A DNA stretch of 64,000 nt, taken from positions 32,480-96,479 of the forward strand of contig JAOAKB010000003.1 of the NCBI GenBank assembly GCA_026413865.1, in the 5' to 3' direction. Each line of letters starts with the position of its first letter. The stretch's first letter is position 1. Below the pieces are notes generated by a model that searched no databases, had not been told where the DNA came from, and saw nothing but the letters and a program-made list of their open reading frames with translations. The stretch comes from Nitrososphaeria archaeon (GTDB taxonomy: Archaea > Thermoproteota > Nitrososphaeria > JACIWG01). The position numbers were made by a program, and so were the translations under genes. Below, piece after piece: positions 9,318 to 18,086 of this stretch.

Positions 9318-10235
9318 ATGCTCTTAGACTTGTATAACAGGCCTGTTTATAATATAAGGCTATCAATTACATCAAAGTGCAATTTAAAATGTTTTTATTG
9401 TCATAATGAAGGCTTCAGTAAGACTGATAATGAAGAATTATCAGTTGATGAAATAGAGAGAATAGCCAATCTTGCTGCTTCATATGGTGTTAAGAGTGTA
9501 AAGCTTACAGGTGGTGAGCCATTATGCAGAAATGATGTTTTGGAAATAGTACATTCTATATCATCCATATCTGGATTAAAGGAAGTTTCTTTAGTAACTA
9601 ATGGCCAATTGTTAAAAGATTATGCTTTAAGGTTAAAAGTTGCTGGATTAAAAAGAGTTAATGTAAGTCTTCCTACACTTGATGATATAAAATATAGAGA
9701 AATAACAGGTGGAGGAAATGTTACTAATGTTTTACATGGTATAAAGGAAGCATGTGATGTTGGATTAAATCCTGTGAAAATAAATATGGTTTTACTGAAA
9801 GGCATTAATGAGAATGAGGTAGACGCTATGATATCATATTCCGCGAGTGTAGGCGCTATACTACAAATAATCGAATTGGAACCAGTACGTATTCTTCCTA
9901 AACTTTATGGTGAATATCATGAACCTGTTGATGAATTGGAAAGCATGCTTTTGAAAAGAGCAAAAAATGTATATTTTAGGGATGATATGCATAAGAGGAA
10001 AATATTCGAATTAGATTCAACAAAAGTTGAGGTGGTTCATCCAATTGAAAATAGTGAATTTTGTGCAAATTGTAATCGTTTAAGGGTTGCTTATAATGGT
10101 GCTTTCAAACCATGCTTAATGGTTACTGGTAATGAAGTTGAGACTAAAATGTATTTGAAAAATAAAGATTATGATGGGTTAAGATTAGCTTTCCTAAAAG
10201 CTGTTATGTTGAGAAAGCCATATTGTGTAAAATAA
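9318..10235 (+). CDS. moaA: GTP 3',8-cyclase MoaA (radical SAM)
   Basis: CNLKCFYCHNEG radical-SAM cysteine triad. C-terminal auxiliary-cluster cysteines (CANCNRLRV). Confidence 0.85.
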   Translation: MLLDLYNRPVYNIRLSITSKCNLKCFYCHNEGFSKTDNEELSVDEIERIANLAASYGVKSVKLTGGEPLCRNDVLEIVHSISSISGLKEVSLVTNGQLLKDYALRLKVAGLKRVNVSLPTLDDIKYREITGGGNVTNVLHGIKEACDVGLNPVKINMVLLKGINENEVDAMISYSASVGAILQIIELEPVRILPKLYGEYHEPVDELESMLLKRAKNVYFRDDMHKRKIFELDSTKVEVVHPIENSEFCANCNRLRVAYNGAFKPCLMVTGNEVETKMYLKNKDYDGLRLAFLKAVMLRKPYCVK

Positions 10236-10238
10236 TAA

Positions 10239-10568
10239 TTATTGCATAATATAGAACGCGTAACTTTCATCTTTTGCTAGACATTCTTCACAAACACATT
10301 TTTCTGAAACCTTATAATAATCACAGCTTAAACTGTACTCACAACTCCTACAATCTACATTTTTTCCGCAAATTCCACATTCTTTGTAAAGGATTATCTT
10401 ATCATTTAAGACGTTTTCTAAAAATTCAATTAAAAGTTTTTTATTTGTTTCATAATTTATCATCATGCCCTTACTTTTATCATACTTTACTCCTAAACTC
10501 ATTAATGTTTTAAAATCATCAACTGTCAGTCTAGGCAATCTAAACCATTTTCCTTCAACAATTTCCAT
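10239..10568 (-). CDS. small cysteine-rich (zinc-ribbon-like) protein, translationally coupled to the RFC large subunit
   Basis: 109 aa. C-terminal cluster CGICGKNVDCRSCEYSLSCDYYKVSEKCVCEEC (8 Cys). Its ATG shares one nucleotide with the RFC-L stop (TAATG). Confidence 0.4.
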   Translation of the reverse strand: MEIVEGKWFRLPRLTVDDFKTLMSLGVKYDKSKGMMINYETNKKLLIEFLENVLNDKIILYKECGICGKNVDCRSCEYSLSCDYYKVSEKCVCEECLAKDESYAFYIMQ

Positions 10569-11770
10569 TATAATTTCACCCTCTTTTGTATATATGCAAG
10601 AAAATTTTCTCCAAAACCTACATATTTTAAATATTCTAATGTCTTATCAGGTTTCTCTTTAACTAACGAAATTAAACATGGCAAATAGTATAGTGTAAAC
10701 TCTCCAATAGATGTATGATACTTTTGATTCACTCTTTCCTTTACTTCTTTAAATATCTTGTATTCTGTCCAATATTTTAGTTTTAATTCCCATAGAGGCT
10801 CTTCCTCACAATATCTAAATCCTTTACGAATGTCTGTGTCAAAAAGCTTTTCAACAAAATACATATCATACCAGCTAGCCATTCTCCACTCTTGTGTCTG
10901 GGTTATTCTATTTCTAAATAGGTCGATATCAGCTATTGCCCTTAATGCCTTTCTCCTAATATGTTTATCAAGGTTTGAAGCTAAAATAGAATAAAATGCT
11001 ATCATTAACTTTTCGTTCACATCAGCATCCATTTTAGAAAATTTTTTAAAAGCTTCGTCTTTCTCTTTTTCAGAAATTAAAGCCATAATCGCGTCAAATT
11101 TTGATATAGCCTCATCTTTCATAAAATCAGTTTCTTCCATAAGATATGGTGTGTCTATCATCGCCTGAAGCATATTTAACGCATTGCGGACATCACCATT
11201 ACTCTTTTTAGCAATATTATAAAGAATTTTTTTGTCGATGTTTCTATTCTCTTTTTTACATATATGCTTTAGGTATATCTCAATAAGTCTTAATGGTACC
11301 TTTTGAAATCTAATTACTATTACCCTTCTAGAAAGTTTTAGGACATTATCGTTGGTTTCATCATTTGCTGTGAGCACAATTGGAAGAGGTGGCTTATCAA
11401 TAAGTCCATTAATGTATTCTAGGCCCCCATAATCTTCTCTACTATATAAGCCATCGATTTCATCAAATAAAACCATCCTTTTTTCATTAAGTAAATTTGC
11501 AGCATAAAGGCTACTTCCTAATCTTTTATTAAGTGCATCCCTGGTTCTTATATCACTAGCATTCAATTCTATAATATAGTAACCTAAGCGTTTTGCAACT
11601 GCGTATACTGTCGTGTTTTTGCCTATTCCTGGAGGCCCTACTAAAAGTACTGCCTTATCCCCTTGTTTCCATTTTTTCAGCCATTCAAAAAACTCTTTTC
11701 TAGCCATATCATTTCCAATTATCATGTTAAATTCAATACTCCTATATTTTTCCGCCCAAGGTAAGCTCAA
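10568..11770 (-). CDS. rfcL: replication factor C large subunit
   Basis: N-terminal PWAEKYR box, Walker A GPPGIGKNT, Walker B LFDEID, 400 aa. Confidence 0.75.
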   Translation of the reverse strand: MSLPWAEKYRSIEFNMIIGNDMARKEFFEWLKKWKQGDKAVLLVGPPGIGKNTTVYAVAKRLGYYIIELNASDIRTRDALNKRLGSSLYAANLLNEKRMVLFDEIDGLYSREDYGGLEYINGLIDKPPLPIVLTANDETNDNVLKLSRRVIVIRFQKVPLRLIEIYLKHICKKENRNIDKKILYNIAKKSNGDVRNALNMLQAMIDTPYLMEETDFMKDEAISKFDAIMALISEKEKDEAFKKFSKMDADVNEKLMIAFYSILASNLDKHIRRKALRAIADIDLFRNRITQTQEWRMASWYDMYFVEKLFDTDIRKGFRYCEEEPLWELKLKYWTEYKIFKEVKERVNQKYHTSIGEFTLYYLPCLISLVKEKPDKTLEYLKYVGFGENFLAYIQKRVKL

Positions 11771-12662
11771 CTATTATCACCCACACACTTTCTATAGTAA
11801 ATGATAAAAATCCAATAAGCATTCCATTTAACGCTATTCTTTTGACACGTAAAGCATTTTCCCTAGAATTATTCTTTAAGATAGAGTTTACAAGATAAAT
11901 AAATATAATATCGGGTACCATAACAGATAAGAGATAAATCTCTCCCATATGCTTAAAAATGTATGGTCCCAAAGTGCAAACTATTGCTAAAATAAAAAAT
12001 ACTGAACCTATTTTTGCTGCTTTTTCTGCACCAAATTTTATTGCAACTGATTGTACACCCCTTATCTTATCACCTTCTATATCTGATATTGTTTTTATCA
12101 CCTCTCTTCCTGTTACTGCAAAAAAGGATACAGTAGAAAACCAGCATACGATAGGACTTAAAAGTGTTGGATTCACAATAAAGTCCTGTAATCCATTATA
12201 TGCCAATATAACATTTCCATAAATATATGGTATAATGGTTGAAACCGCTACTGTTATATTTCCAATTATTCCATGTTTTTTTAAGTCAAAATTATAGAGC
12301 CATGAAATAAAAGCAAAAAGTATAGCTATTAGTAAACCTAAAATTGAAGTAAAATATGCAAATATAAGTCCTGTAAAAAGTAATATAATGCTATATGCCC
12401 AAGCATTTTTTACTGTAATATAACCTTTAGCTAATGGTCTATCCATCCTATTGATTATATCTACCTCAACATCATAAATGTCATTTACTACCATAGAATA
12501 GGATGAAATGAAGAATCCCGTTAAAAAGCCATATATTGTTTTTATTGAAAGAATCTGTCTTGGGTCAGTCAAAATTATTCCTATTATGACTGCCAACCCA
12601 ATCATGATACTGTTTTTAGGTCTAACTATTGTAATATAATGTTTTAGACTACTTTTTTTCAT
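11742..12662 (-). CDS. UbiA-family prenyltransferase, digeranylgeranylglyceryl phosphate synthase-like
   Basis: Polytopic membrane protein with NDIYDVEVDIINRMDRPLAKG Asp-rich motif. Confidence 0.6.
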   Translation of the reverse strand: MKKSSLKHYITIVRPKNSIMIGLAVIIGIILTDPRQILSIKTIYGFLTGFFISSYSMVVNDIYDVEVDIINRMDRPLAKGYITVKNAWAYSIILLFTGLIFAYFTSILGLLIAILFAFISWLYNFDLKKHGIIGNITVAVSTIIPYIYGNVILAYNGLQDFIVNPTLLSPIVCWFSTVSFFAVTGREVIKTISDIEGDKIRGVQSVAIKFGAEKAAKIGSVFFILAIVCTLGPYIFKHMGEIYLLSVMVPDIIFIYLVNSILKNNSRENALRVKRIALNGMLIGFLSFTIESVWVIIVELTLGGKI

Positions 12663-13197
12663 AAAAGGCCGCCTCAGAAACTTGATAATATATAGCTTCT
12701 CCCCTTCTATCTAATACTGCTATAATCATCCCTTCCCTTTTATTTTTTGTAATGTTCTCAAAAATTTTCTCAAACTCAATTTCATATCCTTCATTTAGTA
12801 CAAAAATAGCATACTTTACAGACCTAACTTTATAATCATCTTTATTATAAATGTAAAAATCGATTCCATCTTCTAAACTTTCCTTAACTATAAAACCCCT
12901 GTTTTTTAAATCCCTATAAACTAGGTAACGGGAGAGTATATTCTTATCCTTTCTATAAAATGTTTTCATCAATTCATTAAAACTTATACTCTTATTATTA
13001 TGTAAAACCTCTATTTTGTTAATCTCAAGCAAGTATAATCCCTCATATTTTGACAGGATTAATCTATGTCCATCTATTTCGCCAAAACCACTCTGGTACA
13101 CTTCTTGGATTCTCCCATTACATTCTACAATAATGTTTTCCCCATCCAATTTTCCAATAAATTTCATTTTCTTTGCTTCATCTTTTTCGCTTGTCAT
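12649..13197 (-). CDS. endA: tRNA-splicing endonuclease catalytic subunit (EndA)
   Basis: Hallmark RYLVYRDLKNRGFIVKESLEDGIDFYIY and C-terminal AVLDRRGEAIYYQV. The ORF track extends it to 13284, which would leave no promoter space before the divergent gene at 13286. The start is therefore trimmed to Met at 13197 (MTSEK); Met at 13167 (MKFIGK) is an alternative. Confidence 0.65.
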   Translation of the reverse strand: MTSEKDEAKKMKFIGKLDGENIIVECNGRIQEVYQSGFGEIDGHRLILSKYEGLYLLEINKIEVLHNNKSISFNELMKTFYRKDKNILSRYLVYRDLKNRGFIVKESLEDGIDFYIYNKDDYKVRSVKYAIFVLNEGYEIEFEKIFENITKNKREGMIIAVLDRRGEAIYYQVSEAAFYEKK

Positions 13198-13285
13198 CGG
13201 TCTAAAAACACAAAGTAAAGCTTTTAAGCGTTTGTTTATAAGTTTATGTGCGACTAATTTGAAAATATCACAATTAAGGGACAAT

Positions 13286-13555
13286 ATGAAGGGTGTTCAA
13301 GTAGTTGGAAAGATAATTGAAAAATCTGAATCAAGGGAAGTTACACTAAAAACTGGTCAAAAGGCTAGAGTTGCAGACCTAACCTTGGCGGATGAAACTG
13401 ATAAAATTAAATTAACTTTGTGGGATGAACAAATTGATAAAGTTGATGTAGGTGATGTTGTTAGAATTGAAAATGGTTACGTGAATAGTTATAAGGGTGA
13501 AATTCGTCTTAACGTAGGTCGCTATGGCAAGCTTACAGTCGTTGAAAAGGTTTAA
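13286..13555 (+). CDS. ssb: single OB-fold ssDNA-binding protein (crenarchaeal SSB-like, no acidic C-terminal tail)
   Basis: ADETDKIKLTLWDEQ...VGDVVRIENGYVNSYKGEIRLNV closely parallels the Sulfolobus SSB OB-fold core (GDETGRVKLTLWGK...YKIENVRVRTFSGGLELSV). Start reset to ATG 13286; the longer ORF would overlap endA. Confidence 0.55.
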   Translation: MKGVQVVGKIIEKSESREVTLKTGQKARVADLTLADETDKIKLTLWDEQIDKVDVGDVVRIENGYVNSYKGEIRLNVGRYGKLTVVEKV

Positions 13556-13556
13556 A

Positions 13557-15611
13557 CTAATTATCTGTCTGTAAGGTAGTAATTCTGGCTGAATTACATC
13601 TGGTACACTTTGTTCCACTAATACTTTTATTTCCACAGGTTGCGCAAGAAATCATGTTCCTTCTTAGTTTAACTACACTTAATTTTGAAATTATTTTATC
13701 AATTGTTGTTTCCAGTGAATTATTTTCCTCTTGTGTATCCAGGTCTATGATTACATGGTATCCTCCATCTGTAGCTTCGATTCTTGATTGCAGCCATTTA
13801 ACTATGTTTTCATCATCCATCATCTTTACATCTACTACTGGTACTTGCGAATATCTTTCTTTACTAATTTTATCTATAATTCCTCTTGGAATATTTTCTT
13901 TATCCATTTCATAGAATCTTTTAGAAGAATCGTCATTATAGACGGCTGGTAAAATCCTTAAACTTTTTTCTTTTCCATACTCTTTTAATATTCTTTTAGA
14001 AAATTCCATAAACTTTATCCATAACCTATTTTGTTCCTCCTCATTTCCTGCGGCTATTTTCGTAAGTTCATCTAATCCTACTAGATTTACGATTGAAAGA
14101 AAATTTGTAGAGAATATATCATTATTGTACGCATATATGTAAAGTATTTCTTTCTCTATTAAATCAATTAAATTATTTTTCCGTTCTCCTACAGCATCAC
14201 ATATTTTCTCTAGTTTAATTTTGATTAAACTTTTCAAAAATGTTTCCTCTGTACCTATGTAGGCTAGACGTGGCAGGTTTAAGGATATTGAATGTAAAAT
14301 TATTGTTCCCGAAGAAATTATATCATTGGGTTCAAATTTTTTTCTTATGCCCATGTATGATATTGACTTTATTGGTTGTTTTGAAATCATAATATTTCCT
14401 CCTTTCTTGATAATATCAACAATATAAGGTGTTATATGAAAAAAGTTTTCTTTTTCAAAAATGTTAAAGATAAGTTTTATGCGTGATTTTAAAGTTTTCT
14501 GGAGATAAATTAAATATGCTTCAAAAACAATTTTCAACAGTTCTATTCTATTTTCATCATTAACATTTATTTGGAAGGTAATAAAGTTATTAGATAAGGG
14601 ATTAATTCCCAAAACCGAATTTGTGAAAAACTCATAAACTCTTTTAACATTCACTTCCCCCTCTACTTCTTTTATTAATTGTAAAAATTCGATAAAATTT
14701 TCAATACACACCTCATTTGCAACACTTTCAAGCATTTTATTTATTGATAATACTGCTTTAGTAAAGCTAACATTTTCCTTATCAAATTCTCTAGGTAAAT
14801 GTGGGTCCTTTAAACCAAATTTTATGTTAAAAGAGTTTAAGGCTAAAGCATCAAAAAATATGCTATCTGGCATAATACCCCAACATCCGGTGTTTACTAA
14901 ACTAATTTCTCCTGAAAGATGCATGTCTAAGATTTCTGAACTAACTTGAGTCAGTAAAAGATAGTCAGTAAAAACTGCGTCAGCAGCTGTATTTCTCAAT
15001 GATCTTATATTTCCCTCAGAAAGTCCTACTTGAACAATCTTATCTGCAACGTCCTTTACAGGTAAACCTAATCTTGTAAGCTTATTACGATATTCATCTA
15101 ATCCCTTTTCAACAAGTATAGAATTTACAAATTCTCTTATTAATGGTGCCGTTAAATGTACATTTTCCAGTTTGCTAATACGTGCTTCAGCTTCAGCGGT
15201 GATCTTAGATGCCAAATCACGAGGAACATTTGCCTCTCTAATTAGTGACTGATAAATTTTGTTGCTATCAAACTCTTCAATTTTGTGCTTTGATGTTCTG
15301 ACATAAATTTTTCCTGAAAACTGTAATGCTGCCTCCTTTAACTCATTAGTAGCCGCTAAAACTGTCCTACCAAAAGGAGTTAAACTATACTTCTTTGTAT
15401 TTTTATTTAATGTAATTAGATTTACAGAAGTAAGTAACCTTAAATGGTAAGCAAATCTACCTGACTCTCTTTTCTTAACAAAACCGCAATTATTTTTTAA
15501 TTGAGTGTACGATAACGGCCCATTCTTATTCAATTCATTCAAAATATTTAATCTCTCATTAGATCCAAGAGCAGAATAAAGTGTTTCGAAATCAATTACA
15601 TCTCCGTACAT
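13557..15611 (-). CDS. wHTH + ATP-cone + large NrdD-like domain + C-terminal CxxC-x9-CxxC zinc ribbon protein; no glycyl-radical motif
   Basis: Residues about 100-180 match the ATP-cone consensus (KIYVRTSKHKIEEFDSNKIYQSLIREA...APLIREFVNSILVEKG). N-terminus is wHTH-like. C-terminus is ISCATCGNKSISGTKCTRCNS, then only 11 residues. Overall order resembles anaerobic class III RNR, but the RxCGY glycyl-radical tail is absent. Confidence 0.4.
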   Translation of the reverse strand: MYGDVIDFETLYSALGSNERLNILNELNKNGPLSYTQLKNNCGFVKKRESGRFAYHLRLLTSVNLITLNKNTKKYSLTPFGRTVLAATNELKEAALQFSGKIYVRTSKHKIEEFDSNKIYQSLIREANVPRDLASKITAEAEARISKLENVHLTAPLIREFVNSILVEKGLDEYRNKLTRLGLPVKDVADKIVQVGLSEGNIRSLRNTAADAVFTDYLLLTQVSSEILDMHLSGEISLVNTGCWGIMPDSIFFDALALNSFNIKFGLKDPHLPREFDKENVSFTKAVLSINKMLESVANEVCIENFIEFLQLIKEVEGEVNVKRVYEFFTNSVLGINPLSNNFITFQINVNDENRIELLKIVFEAYLIYLQKTLKSRIKLIFNIFEKENFFHITPYIVDIIKKGGNIMISKQPIKSISYMGIRKKFEPNDIISSGTIILHSISLNLPRLAYIGTEETFLKSLIKIKLEKICDAVGERKNNLIDLIEKEILYIYAYNNDIFSTNFLSIVNLVGLDELTKIAAGNEEEQNRLWIKFMEFSKRILKEYGKEKSLRILPAVYNDDSSKRFYEMDKENIPRGIIDKISKERYSQVPVVDVKMMDDENIVKWLQSRIEATDGGYHVIIDLDTQEENNSLETTIDKIISKLSVVKLRRNMISCATCGNKSISGTKCTRCNSARITTLQTDN

Positions 15612-15698
15612 TCAACCCTCTCCACTAATTTATCTCCTAGGTGCTAAAAAACATTATTTTTAAAAAATTAATAAAAAAGAGAAATTGAACCTAAACAT

Positions 15699-15774
15699 GG
15701 GGTCGTGGGCCAGTCTGGTCTACGCTGCGCGGCTTGGGCCCGCGCGGACGTGGGTTCAAATCCCACCGACCCCA
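15699..15774 (+). tRNA. tRNA-Pro(TGG)
   Basis: Acceptor GGGGTCG/CGACCCC, anticodon stem CGCGG/CCGCG, loop CTTGGGC (anticodon TGG, G37), T-arm GTGGG-TTCAAAT-CCCAC, discriminator A. Confidence 0.75.
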
Positions 15775-15858
15775 TTTTCTATTTTTATTACCCAAATTAT
15801 CCAACACTAACCCTATCTTAATAAAACTAGCATCTTTAAGAAGTTATATATAATGAAG

Positions 15859-15933
15859 CGGGCCCGAGGGGATTTGAACCCCCGACCCCAGGCTTAGAGG
15901 GCCTGTGCTCTATCCATACTGAGCTACGAGCCC
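15859..15933 (-). tRNA. tRNA-Arg(TCT)
   Basis: Reverse complement folds as acceptor GGGCTCG/CGGGCCC (one G-U), D-stem GCTC/GAGC, anticodon stem CAGGC/GCCTG, loop CCTCTAA (anticodon TCT, position 33 reads C), T-arm GGGGG-TTCAAAT-CCCCT. Confidence 0.65.
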
Positions 15934-15998
15934 ACTATAATGCCTCTATTCAAACCTTTTAAAGTTTCTATTAAAATATTTTATCCTAAGAATCAAAT

Positions 15999-16023
15999 TA
16001 AAAAAAGTTTGGGGAGGGCGCCC
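15999..16023 (-). terminator. hairpin plus T-tract downstream of the small ORF 16024..16209
   Basis: On the minus strand the stop codon is followed at once by palindromic GGGCGCCC, then CTCCCCAAAC and a T-run of 7. Confidence 0.35.
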
Positions 16024-16209
16024 TTATGTTAGTCCTAAGTCTGGAAACTTTGCCTTTTCTACGCCTAATTCTTCCTGCAATGTTCTAATTCTTTTGGCGT
16101 ACTCAAGCATTTTTTCTCTATCATTTTGTACCTTTGCAATCTTGTAAGCTTTCCACGCCTTCTTTAAGGCGCCCCATGTTTGTCCTGTCGTATAAGTTTT
16201 AGAAGACAT
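16024..16209 (-). CDS. hypothetical small basic protein (61 aa)
   Basis: ORF followed by a terminator-like hairpin; no recognised motif. Confidence 0.35.
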   Translation of the reverse strand: MSSKTYTTGQTWGALKKAWKAYKIAKVQNDREKMLEYAKRIRTLQEELGVEKAKFPDLGLT

Positions 16210-16276
16210 ATTGTCTCACTATAAGCTTTCATTTAATGAGATAAAAATGTTTCTTTTTTATCATCAAAAACCATCA

Positions 16277-17242
16277 TTATCTTTTGAAGTGGATCCATCC
16301 TCTCTTCTCTATCAATTCTCCTTTAAAGAAAACTCTTCCACTTCCTTCAACAGTTCTACCTATTATTTTTACTGGGGTGTTCGTTTCCTCACCTATCTTA
16401 AATATTTTTGGGGCGTCCTTAATTTTACACGTAAAAACTATCTCGTATTCTTCACCACCATATAATGTGTATTCTCTTTTCTCATTTTCAGAAAGCTCAT
16501 TATTATTTTTAAGGGATTCATTTATTGGAAGTTCATCTAACAATATGTCCACATGACTTCGCTGCGCTAACTCGTATAAAGATATTGCTAGTCCATCACT
16601 CGAATCTATAGCCGCTGTAATCAATTTTCGATTACAGGCAATTAAACCAAAATTTAACCTTGGCATAGGATACAAGACTGTCTCTATAGCCTTCTCTGTT
16701 AATCGAGGGCTTCTAATTTTCTTTCTTTCATTTAGAATATCCACTCCCAAAGGTGGAAGTCCAAAGTCGCCTGTTACCAGAACATACTCATCAATATAAG
16801 CCCCATCCCTACTCACTATATTCTTTCCCCATCCAAACATAATACAATCAATAACCAAATCTGATGCCTCATTAGTATCCCCTCCCACAATTTCTATATC
16901 AAATTCGTTTCTTGCATCCTTTAAACCATTTGCTATCTCTAGCACATGCTCCTCATTAAACCCTCTTGGTAAACCTATTGAGACAAGCACACCCCAAGGT
17001 TTAACTCCCTTACATGCAAAATCGCTCACGCAAGCGACAACACTTTTCCTTGCCGCTTGTCGTAAACTCATACCTTTAGGCATATCAGTTTTACCGACAA
17101 ACATGTCGGCCTTGATAACAAATTTATCCCTCTTCACTGCCTTTCTAGTCCAAGCTACATCATCTCCAATTTCAGAAAAAAGTTTCCTAGGCTGGCCTAA
17201 AACTTCCAAGAACATATTAATAACCGTCAATTCGTCAACCAT
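16277..17242 (-). CDS. thiL: PurM-superfamily protein, thiamine-monophosphate kinase (ThiL)-like
   Basis: N-terminal IGDDVAW motif and internal EIVGGDTN, 321 aa. HypE or SelD-like alternatives not excluded. Confidence 0.5.
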   Translation of the reverse strand: MVDELTVINMFLEVLGQPRKLFSEIGDDVAWTRKAVKRDKFVIKADMFVGKTDMPKGMSLRQAARKSVVACVSDFACKGVKPWGVLVSIGLPRGFNEEHVLEIANGLKDARNEFDIEIVGGDTNEASDLVIDCIMFGWGKNIVSRDGAYIDEYVLVTGDFGLPPLGVDILNERKKIRSPRLTEKAIETVLYPMPRLNFGLIACNRKLITAAIDSSDGLAISLYELAQRSHVDILLDELPINESLKNNNELSENEKREYTLYGGEEYEIVFTCKIKDAPKIFKIGEETNTPVKIIGRTVEGSGRVFFKGELIEKRGWIHFKR

Positions 17243-17336
17243 TATGCTTCCACACCATCACCAACATAAACTACAAACATAAATTAAATAAAATTTTAAC
17301 AAACTTAAATAATACTCTATTAAAAATAAAGGCTGC

Positions 17337-17409
17337 GCCCCGGTAGCTCAGAAGGCAGAGCGATAGCCTCGTAAGCTATAGGTCGCGGGTTCAACCCCCG
17401 CCCGGGGCT
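17337..17409 (+). tRNA. tRNA-Thr(CGT)
   Basis: Acceptor GCCCCGG/CCGGGGC, D-stem GCTC/GAGC, anticodon stem ATAGC/GCTAT, loop CTCGTAA, T-arm GCGGG-TTCAACC-CCCGC, discriminator T. Confidence 0.75.
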
Positions 17410-17483
17410 CTAACTTTTACTAGAAAATTAATGGTGTGTGTTCAAATAAAAGGTTTTAAATTAGAATTGAACTTTTTGCAATT

Positions 17484-17885
17484 ATGAAATGTACAAGATG
17501 TGGTGATTGCTGTAAATTTACACAAATGCAATTAACAAATGAGGACATAAGAAGGATAGAGCAATTAGGTTTTAAGAAGGATCAGTTCATAGAATTTGAT
17601 AAAAACGGGTTTGCCAAGTTAAAGAACAAAAGTGGCTATTGTATCTTTTACGATATTATCAAAAAGGAATGCAAAATATACGAAAATAGACCCATAGGAT
17701 GCACATTATATCCTATAATGTATGATCCAATAAAAAATGATATAACAATAGACTATTCTTGTCCCTCTGCAAATACAATCACAGAAGAAGAGCTTGAAAG
17801 CAAACAAGTAACATTAATGAAAACAATAAAACAAATATATAAAGAAGCAAGAAAAAGATCCTATTATATAAAACAAAAAAATTAA
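17484..17885 (+). CDS. YkgJ/UPF0153-family Cys-rich zinc/iron-chelating protein
   Basis: N-terminal CTRCGDCCK motif and later cysteines typical of the YkgJ family. Confidence 0.5.
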   Translation: MKCTRCGDCCKFTQMQLTNEDIRRIEQLGFKKDQFIEFDKNGFAKLKNKSGYCIFYDIIKKECKIYENRPIGCTLYPIMYDPIKNDITIDYSCPSANTITEEELESKQVTLMKTIKQIYKEARKRSYYIKQKN

Positions 17886-17914
17886 GAACCTCTAAAATAA
17901 TACCTAAACCAATA

Positions 17915-17999
17915 GCGGGGGTTGCCAAGCCAGGTCAAAGGCGCAGGACTGAGGCTCCTGTCGCGTAGGCGTTCGTGGGTTCAAATCCCACCCCCCGCA
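17915..17999 (+). tRNA. tRNA-Leu(GAG), class II with long variable arm
   Basis: Acceptor GCGGGGG/CCCCCGC, anticodon stem CAGGA/TCCTG, loop CTGAGGC, long variable arm, T-arm GTGGG-TTCAAAT-CCCAC, discriminator A, 85 nt. Confidence 0.75.
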
Positions 18000-18086
18000 T
18001 TATTAATTGTGAATCTAAAGCTCGATTATCTCCTTATGGGTATTGATATCGTAGTTCTATTTAAATAACAGGCTCGTTAATAGGTT

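Noticed and set aside
13016-13285. N-terminal extension of the ssb-like ORF (ORF-track start 13016)
   Set aside because: The extension overlaps endA on the opposite strand and its translation looks non-coding. The conserved OB-fold begins at Met 13286, which is preceded by an AAGGG/TATA-like context.
16211-16556. Two plus-strand ORFs (16211..16465, 16284..16556) antisense to thiL-like gene
   Set aside because: Overlap a well-supported minus-strand gene. Compositionally biased translations.
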